A DNA stretch of 64,000 bases, from the NCBI GenBank assembly GCA_050084985.1, contig JBITNC010000001.1:3782001-3846000 (forward strand), written 5' to 3'. This DNA is from Nageia nagi (taxonomy: Eukaryota; Plantae; Pinophyta). The notes under the pieces were generated by a model, which saw only the letters and a list, made by a program, of their open reading frames with translations, did not search any database and had not been told where the DNA came from. The position numbers and the translations under genes were made by a program. Each line of letters starts with the position of its first letter. Position 1 is the stretch's first letter. Of this stretch, positions 40,701 through 52,700 are shown one piece after another.

Positions 40701-43700
40701 TGCCTCTCATTTATAACTTATAGGATGTCTATAATAAATTATCTCCTTCCCTGAATCTCGTAACAGATTTATACTATTCTGCTTTTCTTTTCTTTAATGT
40801 ACTTAGGTGTTGTCTTCATTGTTGTGGAATTTAATTTGAGTGATTCTAATAAATAGATCAAATGAGTATAATAACTTTAATTTGAAGTTTTTCAATTTCA
40901 TGGCATATGGTCCTGGGTTGGCTGTGTGTACTGTCATGTTTTTGCAACATTTTATGGATAACTGTTGTTGCATATTAGATATTTGATTTTGTATATCTAG
41001 TTTCTGATAGCAATTTTTCCTTAATATTTGCAGCCTACAGTCACTGGAGAAAATTCAATCACCTCTTGGAGTTGCATCTGTCGAATTTATTGATCCAAGA
41101 GAGCCTGTGACGGTCAGAAACTGGTCAATATGAATTATCACTTAACATGCTTTTGAGTTTTTATGTAGTGCTTTTGGAAATCTGTTTACTTTTCATAAGA
41201 TATTTCAGGAATCTCAAGCTATTCCGACTCTCTGAGGGTTTATTTTTCTGACACAGTTTTACAATAGTTCAACTGTTGTACAAAATCAATATATCCTTGA
41301 TGGAAGAGTGCAATGCTCTGAACTCTTGCATAGAAATATATGTTAGAACAGTGACTATGCTAACAGTGTACAAAATCATATTCATTAATGATTAAAATAA
41401 TGATATCCTTGGTAAAGAATGAAAGTATGTTCATGTCCAAAGACAATTAAGTAAAGGGGATTGAAGAATATTCATGTTACACTAGAAAGCAACTAGGGAA
41501 AAGGAATAGTATGTTCAGCAGAGAAACAGAACACTAAAGTAATGAAACATTTAACATAAGCATAAGGATCAAATCCATTGTGGTTAGCCCCAAAACATAT
41601 GATTCATGTACAAGTAAAAATAGCCATTCAAGGGAGAAAAGTCCTCAATGAAACAAGTTATGTATGTGGATCAAATCCTGCTTCAACAATGCTTGCAATA
41701 GAATCATTAAAATTGTATGAAGGAAAGCACAGAATGAAAATGATTATAACCAAAATGTGTGTAAACTTACATTATTTTAGCATGAATGGAAAAGCCACTG
41801 GTTTGCTTCCGATTTGGTTTTCAAAAGATAGTTGCAATTAGGATTCAGGGGTGGAATTTGTAAAAAACAAATTCTTGCAAAAGTTCTTAAGTGTTCATAC
41901 CTGCTTGGCTTGTCCATTTTCTATTATATGTCTTGCTTTGGAATTCAAATTATCAACAATAGACTTGAGCCTTTGTTAATGGCAAACTTGATTTGTTCTT
42001 TCATGCCATATGTCCTCCTATACCACCTGATTTTTTGATTTGGATCATCTCTCTAATTAAAACTTCAGTTTGACTAGTTTAGAGGTGGAAGAGTCAATAA
42101 CTTGGATACTAGAAACACGAAATAATAGAAAGAACTTTATATTATTTTTCAAGGATTACTAAATTAAGTTAAAGAAAGTCAGAAGTAAAGCAAATTACTA
42201 ATGGTAATCAGAAGTGCTAAAGGTAACTTTAACAATTAAAATTGAAACAGCAAAAACTAAAACTAGCCAGCATTACAACCATAAAAGGAAAGGGAATGAA
42301 CTGAAACAAGGTTAATACTACAAAGTTGGTTTATACAAATTCTGTATAATAAGATTCAATGAGAACCAATTGCAAAGTAGAAAGTCCCATGTGAAAAGTA
42401 ACCACTAAAAGAGCCAAGATATGGGGGGAGATAGAGAGCAGCTCTCTTGTCTGCAACAGAATCCTTACTATTTGCATGCAGAGGCTTGTTAGTTGTTACA
42501 TATTATTGAGCTGAGTGTCAGATTGACTTTGAAACCAAATATTGTAGATGGGATTTCCCTAAATACATTGTTCATACTTATCTCATGGTGGTTCATTATT
42601 CAGGTCCAAGCCAAGTGTAGTGTAAGTGTCAGATGCATCAAGTTCACCTTTTCTGAACAATGGTTTTAGTATTTTAATGTTTTATACTCACATGAATGGC
42701 TGAATCTTTTACACCTGAAAACAAGTTTTGTTTGGACTTCAGTTGAGCTAGTTCTTAACCTTGATGATTTCGTATCCTAGTTTAAAAACGAATCTTGCTA
42801 AAAAAGTCTGTTTGGTTGATGTCAGATTGTACCAATTTTAAGGGCTGGTCTTGTATTGGCAGAGTATGCTTCATCTGTATTGCCTGCAACAAAAACTTAT
42901 CATGTTGGTATGTGAAGTTATTTTTTAATTATTTGAGGTCATATTTATCAATAGAAGTGAGGAACGTCCTTTCTATATATAGAATATATCCTATGTTGAA
43001 AAACTATCTACATATGTTAGAATTTGAATGTGATTCATCAATTTTTTGCACTTCATTTCTCAAAAAGTGCTGTAAATCATGCGTCATAAGTCGTCATCTG
43101 TTAGGTATGGTTTTGGACAAAGTTCAATCATATTTATTTTGTGTTGTAACATACTCGAGAACTATTAAATACTACCATATTTTATCTTCATGGTAAGTAG
43201 TTCTTAGTCTCATGATAGGGATGATCAGCACAAGCCTGACATTCAAGGCACAATGGGTCATATCAAATCAATGATGTAGCCAACCTTTTGCTCTCTAGTA
43301 TTCAATTTTAGGATAGGTCCAAAGATGGATATTTATGGTCTCAAATACCATGAAATTGTTTACAATTGACTTTTTATCATTTTGGTGAGTTGTACATTCT
43401 TTCAGAACCTGATCTTGCCTTCTTACTTTAAATATGCAGGCTTTATTAGAGATGAGAATACACTTCAGCCACACTTGTACCTTAACAAGTATATTGATCT
43501 TTAACCTGATATTCTTGGTTTGCTTTTTACTATTGATTTCATAGTCTTATTAGTTTAATATTAATTTTTTCCGTTTGTGAAGAGATGGAATGTTGTAGCT
43601 ATTGTATTTGTTTTTGGATGAACTTTTATCATGTATACTTTCTTCTTTAATTCAGTCACACTTGTTTTACTGGTTTGTGGATTAATGTTTCAAGTTGTGT

Positions 43701-46700
43701 TTTTGTTTTATTCATGAAGTGTGTTAAAAGAATGCACAGCACACAATCAATATTTTAACATGTATATTTTCTTTCCTAGCATATCAATCAGTATCTCGTG
43801 TAGCTCTCATATCCTACTATTGATAAGGGTGTAAGAAAAAGTATATTTTAATGCATTACAAGTTATTTCTTGCTTCATGGCTCCTATATAGTTTCCTTAC
43901 TATAAACCCTCAAATAATTGCTATTTAGTTCATAGATTATCCTTCGCTTGAATGATCTACTAAATTAAGTCAGGGAAATCTTGAAAATTTGCGTCTATGT
44001 TTAACTGTTCTTTTTGTTAATTCAATGGGGATTCTATAGGGGTCTTCTGCCATGAATTCAATAAAACAGACATCAGCAGGTAACGTAAGCCGCGTATCCA
44101 GTAAATATTCTGTGCAGGGTACTAAAAAATGGGTTTTGAGATACAAGCACAACTGCATCCTTACAAAACAAAAACTAGCATATGTATCATCATGGTTAAT
44201 CACCATACTAAGTGCTAAGACCCGAAACACAAAACTAAAAAGACTAGAAGCCTTTAACATCAATGATTCAAAAGAAGACAAATGATCCAAAACTTAGAAT
44301 TTTGGATTTGTGAAAGTACGGAAGCATGGAACCATCAATCTAAGCAAATTACTTTTGCTAAAATAAAAAGTGACATGCTTCTTATATTCAAATGACATGT
44401 ATTTATTTACAATGCATCTGCTGAAGTTTCACTCCAAGTACGATGGGGTGATGCATATCCTAATTGCTACTAAAAATAGCTATCACTACACATGAGTTGG
44501 CAACCCTAAGGGTCAGGTACAAAATGAGCAAGTTCTATGTGCAAATGATAGGAAATGGAATACATTCAATGTAAACTAGCAGTAATGGCCTTTCAAGAAT
44601 AGAAATGCAGCAATACTAAACATAGCATATATTATTTGTAGTAAGTAAATGAACAATCCAATTTTGTGGGGTTTTTTATACATAAATGTGAAATCCAAGA
44701 TGCCTTTCTTCCTCATTGGCATATTTCATAAGTAAGCGATACAAACATGGGATGTGAATGTGGCCATCTTTAAGAACTTCATCATTGCCTTGTTTTTCTC
44801 CATTACCATGTAGTCCAAGATCTTCAACACCATGATCCATAGCCATAGCATCATCGTGTATTATGTATTCAATAGAGTCACTCTCTTCATCACAGTCTAG
44901 CATTGTTGTAGCTTCACCATGATCTTCAATGGTTTCATCAAAAGCATCACCACCATATGGAAATGTGGTAGTGTTAGGAATATCATACCCCCCCTAATTC
45001 TCAAGAAGTACTGAAAGGTTAGAAAAGTCATTTGGCACAAACCTCTCGTAAAAAAGATAGTCTCTCTATTAGACCTTCCCTAACATCATCAATTCATTGT
45101 TACTTCCATAATTAATTTGTTTGATGTAAGAGTAGAATAGTAAGAGTTATATCTTAGGTCCTATTGGGATGCTTTTCTTTCCCGTGAGGGACCCTCTAAA
45201 AATCATGCGTGGAACTTAGGAGATCCCAAGCAACATAGTTGGGAATGCATTACCAATTCCCTCATTTGAAAAGGACTGTTCACCTCTAAGGATCTTGTCG
45301 AAACACCTACTCAACGACTCAATGTTTTGATGTTGTAGGTATGTTTGCCAAGCAAAATCTCATGCTTGGGAAAGTGTTTTTGGTCTAGGGATAGATAAAG
45401 AAAGTGCGGTATCTCTCTTTGAAATCAGCCTCGATGGAATGGAATGAGAGGTAGTAGCCTGTTAACCAACGATGTTTTATTCTTTGATGTATAGAGTTTA
45501 TTCGGAACCTTTCTGTGTGGATTTAACGATTGTATTTTGTTTGAAAGCATAAAGGCAATACAATAAAGGTGAAGGACAACACCTTGGAGAAAGAAAGGAT
45601 ACTTGGCCGGATATGAGTTTGACATTCACTGACGGGAAAGTGTCTAAGAGTTAATCTCTTTCGAATCGGTTAAGGACTTTTCATCCAATTCATCCAACCT
45701 TGCAAGCAAACAACTTCATGTTCGAATTGCTTCAAAGAGGAGCGGGGAGGAATGCCAAATGGATGGAAACGGGAAGTTTCAAAATGCAAGGATCATGGTT
45801 TTGGATGAAGGACCTAACAAGATGTCATAAAAGTAGAAACTGACATAGAATACCCAATCAACTTGCGTGTTAAGGATCAAGCAACAAACATAGGTAAGCT
45901 TCAAGCACTTTTTAAAGTTTTTCAAAGATAACTTCCGTAAAGCTTGAAAGCTTTCAAAGGAATAAAATGAAAGTACACAAACCAACTATTAGTGCCCTCA
46001 AAGAATCAATCCATAACACCAATATGAAAAGTGTCAAACTCAAGTCTTTGCATTAACCACTTTGTATTAGATTTTGAAAAAGGAGGTGCCAAGATTTACA
46101 ATAAGCTCTCAATTCTCAAAATCTCTCTCTTCAAGAAAAGAAGTGTTTGCTTCATAATGAAGTCCTTCCAAAAATGAAACCCTTGGTCTCTTACTTATAA
46201 AGTTTTGGAAACCCTAAAGTGACTTTTGAAACCCTAGAAATGAGTTTCAAAACCCTAACCCTAATTGTAACATTAACAACTATTTACAAGCTAATTGAAA
46301 ATGCTAATTAAAATTACAATTGGACTTAGTGGAAATCCACTAAGTTTAGCCAATATTTGGCTTACATATAAAAATTTGCCAAAACAGACTCCTTTCTATT
46401 CTGGCGATTATGGTAAGATGATTTGTACGTTTGTGGCGATTTTGGCTTCAAAGTCATCTCCCATGAACGCTTCTACGTTCGTGATGGCCCAATGGATTAT
46501 CTGGAGGACTCCTTTGTTTGGTAGCAAATGCTCCAAGATGGCCTTATTGGTTTTGACCATTTCCTTGCACCATGCATCGAGTCTTATTCCTCCTTTCATT
46601 TGTCTTCCTGTCTTCAGGCTATGTGGATCCTCAGGACATAGCTGCTTTGTAATAGTGGCATGTATTGCTGTCATTACAGTCATATACTCCTTGATGTTGC

Positions 46701-49700
46701 CATTTTCCTCAAACAAAGGAACCTGGAATTCATATTCCCTTGCTTTTTCACTAATAACGACTTTGAGTTGGGTCCTGGTGTATATGAAGTCGGTGGACTT
46801 GACTTTAATGTAGAATAGATAATCATACAGTTGGAACCAATCTATGCAAAAATCTAGCACGAATGGATGATGGGTTGCCCTTCTTTGTAGGTCAAACATT
46901 TTGGGGTACCCATTCTTCCATCTGATGATTAACTGGTCTATTTTCTTTGCCTAAGAATGCGACCCCTCCTCTTCAATATAGAATTTTGTCATGTTTGAGT
47001 GGAGTGCTTTGATAGCCTCAATAAGGTTCTTGGTCCATTCATTTTTCAGGGTGGTGATTCCAGTGTTTACGTCAACCTACTTTTTGATGTCTTCTACTGT
47101 CAAGTTAGTAGCTCTAACTTCTTTGTCAATCATTTCCTAACTTGCCACTTTCTTCTTCGATTCCCGGATCTCTAGCTTTAATGGGGTACCGGATTCCCTC
47201 AATGCCTGTGCATTTGTGATGATGCTATGCTCCATTCCCAATGGGCCAACAATCTCTACAGGGGCCTATTCTGTTTCAACTGTGAGGGCAAACTTTCCGA
47301 TACCAGCCTTGTTCTTTCTGGAGTAGAGCTTGTCCTTGTAGGTGACTTTACCTACAGTGGTGGTGAGAGTATCAATCTGCTGAAGTTCCTCATTTTCATA
47401 TTCAGAATCTTCTCCTTCGCAGGGATGATTTGCACTCAAATTAGCCATCATTGCAGCCATGTCGAAGCGGGGTTCCATAGGTTGTTTTCCATAAGGAACC
47501 ATCTCTCCGTCTTCGATGATTTGAATGTCATGCTCTATTTGTCTTCTTTTACTTCTCTGTTTTTCATTTTCTCCCTCATCCTCTTGATTTCCATTATCTC
47601 CCCCTGAAGATGATGCCATTGTCTTGGGCCTTGATGTACCCTTCTGTGCTGATGTTGTTGTAGTCCTCCGAGATGGTGGCGTTTGTGATGCCTGTTTCTG
47701 AGGAGCGGATTTTGGGTGCCTGCTTCTGCTGCTTGCTATACAATCATATCAATTGAGGGATTGCCCTCGTTAAGGATCTCTACTGCATAATCAATGTTGC
47801 CCTATCAAAGGCAATGTTTTGGTTTATCTCCATGTCAGTGTTGATGACTGCACTAAGATCCATCTCCTCATTGGACTCTGACGAGCCACTCGGTCCATAT
47901 TTGTCAGAACTAGATTGATGATGTGCTAGGGTTTTGATTCGGGCGCATACTACTCCGATTCAAACCTTGCAGGAGATCTGTCTTTTTTTGCAAGCGTTTG
48001 AATGGTTGAGAGATTAGGCCTCCTCTTTTGAGGTCCATTATTCCATTCTTTGTACCCATGACAGTTGTTTCAATGGTTTGTCCGAGGATGCTATTGGTAG
48101 CATATTGCCTGTTCTGTCCTTGAGCAAGGGTTACTGAAGGTGATATTATGGGAATAATATACCCATGGCTCGAGGGTTCGGTGACCTGTGCATTGGCTCT
48201 TAACCTGGAAGCTTCTTCGACTTCTTGTTGTTTTTGTTCTTTATTCAACTCCTTGTGATTCCGTTGAACCTGCAGGGCATCTTGAATGTTTTTGTACCTC
48301 TCAATGCTACCAAGGGATTGGTGTGGATATGATGAGCTCCATGTCTTCTGAAAAAATGCATATATCACTCCATCGGGATCATAGTGATCCGTAGCTACCT
48401 CGGTCGGGAATTCATACAACGCCAGCTCTTGTTTAATCATATCAATCTGATGCCAGATGGTGCATTCATAATTCCAGATGACGATAGATAATTGGTAAGT
48501 GGTCGCTGCCTTCTTTACCCATACCTTATCGTGTACGTTTAGCAAGTGTCTTGAAAATTCCATGAGGATGAGGCGATCACTTGCATAATGGGGTAGCTTA
48601 TAAGGGGCTTCTTTGGAGCCATAGACCGTGAGGTAGGTGAACTCTATGTCTTCTGCAAAGAAGTCCGCATGTCCCTTGGTAGCGACAACAACTTCATTGG
48701 ATATTCTAAGTACATTGGCTCTGCCCATGATCTCTTCATAGATTTTACCTTCAAAACCATCAATCATCATCTTCTAGTTTCCATTGTTCCATTTATTATG
48801 AGCAAAGAATCATGGGTAGTTTTCCCACACTGGATGTGTGGGGTCATACATATACTTGGTATTGGCAATTGAGGTCACCCTCTCCCTACCGTGAAGGAGT
48901 AGGTAAACCAGGTAGGAGTTCATATAAAATTTCTTGCTCCTTTGGATATTTTTCAATTGCTGAGCCAAGGAATCACTAATTACTCTGCTCCACCTTATTC
49001 CTTTACCATTGCCAATCAACTCTATAAACCTAGCGAATTCCGGCCAGAATTTGGTGTCATCTTTCTATCCGATCACTCTGGAAAGCATTGATATTAGTCT
49101 AGAGACTATTGGATAGAACTCTTCTCTGTTTGGTGTTGGTAAGGCTCTCCCTGTGAGGTGCTTGCGGTCATCAGCCAACCAATCTCTAATTAAATCAGAT
49201 GGAGGTTTTAGACTTTTATAGAACCTTAAGGAGGCTTGCACGTTGTATGATAGGCCTTTGCTTGTCCAAGCGAACGCGTTTTCTATTCCTTCCTCAGAGA
49301 AGTCCATGATTACCTCGTTCCTTTTGTCGAGGAGTCTCCACCTTCAGGTATCACAATGCTTTCCTAGCTCGTAGCACTGCTCAGGGAAGGGGGTGGCAAA
49401 TGGCACCATACAAGCTTCTACTAGTAAGGAAGTTTTCAACCTATCTTTCACTAGTGAAGCTAGATCCAATGTCTGTATTGTCATTAGAGTTTTTATTGGA
49501 TCGAGGGAGTTACAATTTGTCCCCGATCTCACTTAGCTAGTCAATGATTCTTGCGGCAGGCATCACGAGCTCTATTTTGTGTTCGAGCGTGATGGTGTTG
49601 TCCATTGTGAGCCTTCTCTGCTTCCTCTCTTTGATGTTCTAAGCGACTAATGCCATTTTGTCCCTGTCTAAGAGAACAACAAGAGGTAGAAGAGTTCTAA

Positions 49701-52700
49701 GAAGCTTATGGCACTTTCTAGGTAGGCAAAGAGAATTTTTTGAAAAAGTTGGATTTTTGGCCTTTTTTACTCTAAGTGTGCCATTTCAAGGTCTTTTGGG
49801 TGTGTTTGGGATAACACAAAAGTAACTAACTTAGGGGAGAATGCCTTGGCAAAAATTTAAGACTTTTGGAGAATTTTCAATTTTTTGCTCAAAAAGTTGA
49901 CTTTTTCAACAGGAAAAAATGGGGAAATTTGGCAAAATCACCAAATGGTGCCGAAATCAAGCTTTAACACCTTAGATGGATGGGGGATGAGTGGGGAAGG
50001 TGTTTTAAACTTTGAAATGGTCAAAACGGACTTCAAAAACAATTTTTGGAGTTTTTGGAAATTTTTTTGGATTTTTTTGAATTTTTTGGGAAGAAATTAG
50101 CATTGTGGGCACTCAAATCTTGGATCATATATATATTTTTTACTTTTTTTGCTGAAAATAAAAGTTGATCGCAAGGATAAAGGGTATCCAAAAAAGTGAT
50201 CAATCTTGAAATCTGGAAAAAAAGTTTTTCAAGTGTTTGAGGGTTTGAAAAATGGGGTTTTGGTGTGAAAATCCTCAAAACCTGAAAAATGGAGTTCATG
50301 TGGGATGGAGGATGTTGGATTTCGAATTTCAATGGAGTTTGGGTGAATGGAAATGGTGCTAAGTGTTCAAAATATTCACCAAGGCTGAAAATGGCCAAAC
50401 ATGGGAAATATGGCAAAACCTGCACCTAGGTCTAAAGGGAGCAGATTTGAAGCGATATGGGGGTGCTTGGAAGCAAAAATGATGGCCTTTGAATGCTCTT
50501 CAACCTCCATACTTGAGATTTGGATTTCAGATTTTGAGATTTTTTGGAAAAAATATCCAAATTCTTGAATTTTCAGCCCTTGAATCCCTTTTGAATGCAA
50601 AAAGGTGGTTTTTGGGAGTTTTCATGGACCAAATTGCACAAGTGAGAGACCATAGTGTTGTAGAATCACACTATCTATCACATGGAAGCATTAAATGACA
50701 TTTTTAAGCAATTTTGAGGGCCAAAGAGGCTAGGCGCAGGTTTTGAAGGCTTTGGGCATGTTTGGAAATTTGAGAAGTTGGCCCAAAACTTTCAAAACTC
50801 CCCCCTAACTTTTTGGGAGGAAAATCTTGAGTTTTTTACAATCTTGCAAGAGGCAATATTGATCTCCTTTGAATTTGCCACCCTACCTTTCTCTCCAATA
50901 TTGATTTTGAGAATTTTGAAAAATTTGGAAAATTTTCAAGCCCTCCCATTGGCTGATCCAAATTTTTTCATTTTGAGGGAGTAGATCCATTTTTTTCAAA
51001 AAACTTAAAACATGAATAATGTGCAAAATTGGATTTCCCATGCACCTAGGACCAAAGTTTTCTATTTTTGAGCAAAAATAGGCCCTTGCAAGCTAGGTGC
51101 AGGTTTTAGGGAAATTAGGCAAGTCTGAGAAACTTTGAAAAATGGGGAAAACTTGCAAAACCAGCGCCTATTTGCAAAATTGCAAGAGGCAATGTTGCTT
51201 ACATTTGGATTTTGCACCCTAACTCATTCTTGTTTTTTGATTTGGCCAATTTTGGAAAATTTAGAAAATTTTGGAGCTCTCTCATTGGCTGATCAAATTT
51301 TGATGGTTTGAGGAAGTAGATCTCATTTTTTTGGAAAACTCCAATCATCAAACTTGTGTGAAATCCCATCCTACACCCCATGAAGATCAAAAATTTCAAT
51401 TTTTTGCAATTTTGGGGCACAAGAATGGTAGGCGCATGTTTTGGGAGGAATAGGCCATTTTCAAAATTTGGCAAAACATGCAAAACCAGCGCCTAGCTTT
51501 TTAAGGGGCATTTTTTTATTTTTTTTGAAAATTTCAAGAGCAAAGGTGCCTAAACTTGGATTTGGCACCCTACCTCTTCCTTGGATTTTCAATTTGACAA
51601 TTTGAAATTTTGGAAAATTTGGAGCATTCCTATTGGCTGTCCTTTCGCTCATTTTCCTGTTTTTTCCACTTCTGGTGGAGCCAAACTCATCAAAATCGCA
51701 AACTTGAAAGACCAATTTGATATAGAATCGCGATCTCCATGCTTCCAAGCTCAAAAATTGCCACTTCAGATCAATCTGGGCCTCCCAAAAGGTAGGCGTA
51801 GGTTTTCAAGATAATAGACCATTTTCAAGATTTGGTGAAGTGAGGGAAAACTTGCAAAACTCCCCCCCAAGATTTTTGGGGGTCAAAACTCGAGTTTTTT
51901 CGACATTTCCAAGAGCGAAGTGGCCTTAATTTATTATTTAGCATCACACCTCTCTCTCGGATTTTCATTTCGAGCACTATGAAATAACTCACTTTTCCAA
52001 GCTCAACTTGAAGCTCTTTAGATGCCAAAATGCTCAATTTTTTATTTTACCCTCAAGGGCACTCAAACTTTCTTTTCACATCCATTTTGGGCTATATTGC
52101 ACATTCCCACCCTTTCTTGTCTTTTACAGGCCCAAACGGTGCATTTTCGGCCATTTTCGGGCTCTAAGTATGCATTTTGACCATTTCCAGCATTTCCGAG
52201 CTCGAATAGTGAAAAATGATTATTTTCGGCATTTCGAGCTCAAAGTCTACATTTCTGGCCTTTTCGGACTCAAAATGTGCAAAAAGACCATTTCCGGGCA
52301 TTTCTGAGCACTTTGAGCTCAATCTTGCAATTTTGGTCATTTCTGAGCTTTTTGGGCTCAAACTATGCAAAAAAGCACATTTTTATTATATTGACCACTT
52401 CCGGGCTCAAAATTGACCAAAATGCGCTTTTCTGTGCTACTAACCATTTTTTGGCTCTTCGGGTTCAAAATTGACAAAAACGTGCCTTTTAGCTATAGAT
52501 GCCCTTTTCGGGCTCAATTTGTACAAAAATGTGTATTTTCGTCATCTTAACTGTATCCACTACTCTCGAGCTCAAACTTTACTAAAAACGCACCTTTTGT
52601 CGCCTTAGCATCTTCGTTGCTCAAACTTGCCAAAACGTTGCCTTTTTTTTGCCCTGATGGGCATTCGTTCAAAACTCCACTATCTAGTTGTTGTCATGAT

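Noticed and set aside
42795-43196. 133-aa ORF as a separate gene
   Set aside because: It is an off-frame overlap of a UPP exon plus intron sequence.
49885-52474. Many short F/K/L-rich ORFs here and at 4230-8365 and 12105-14632
   Set aside because: These are chance ORFs in A/T-tract repeats of the element's non-coding region, with no recognisable motifs.
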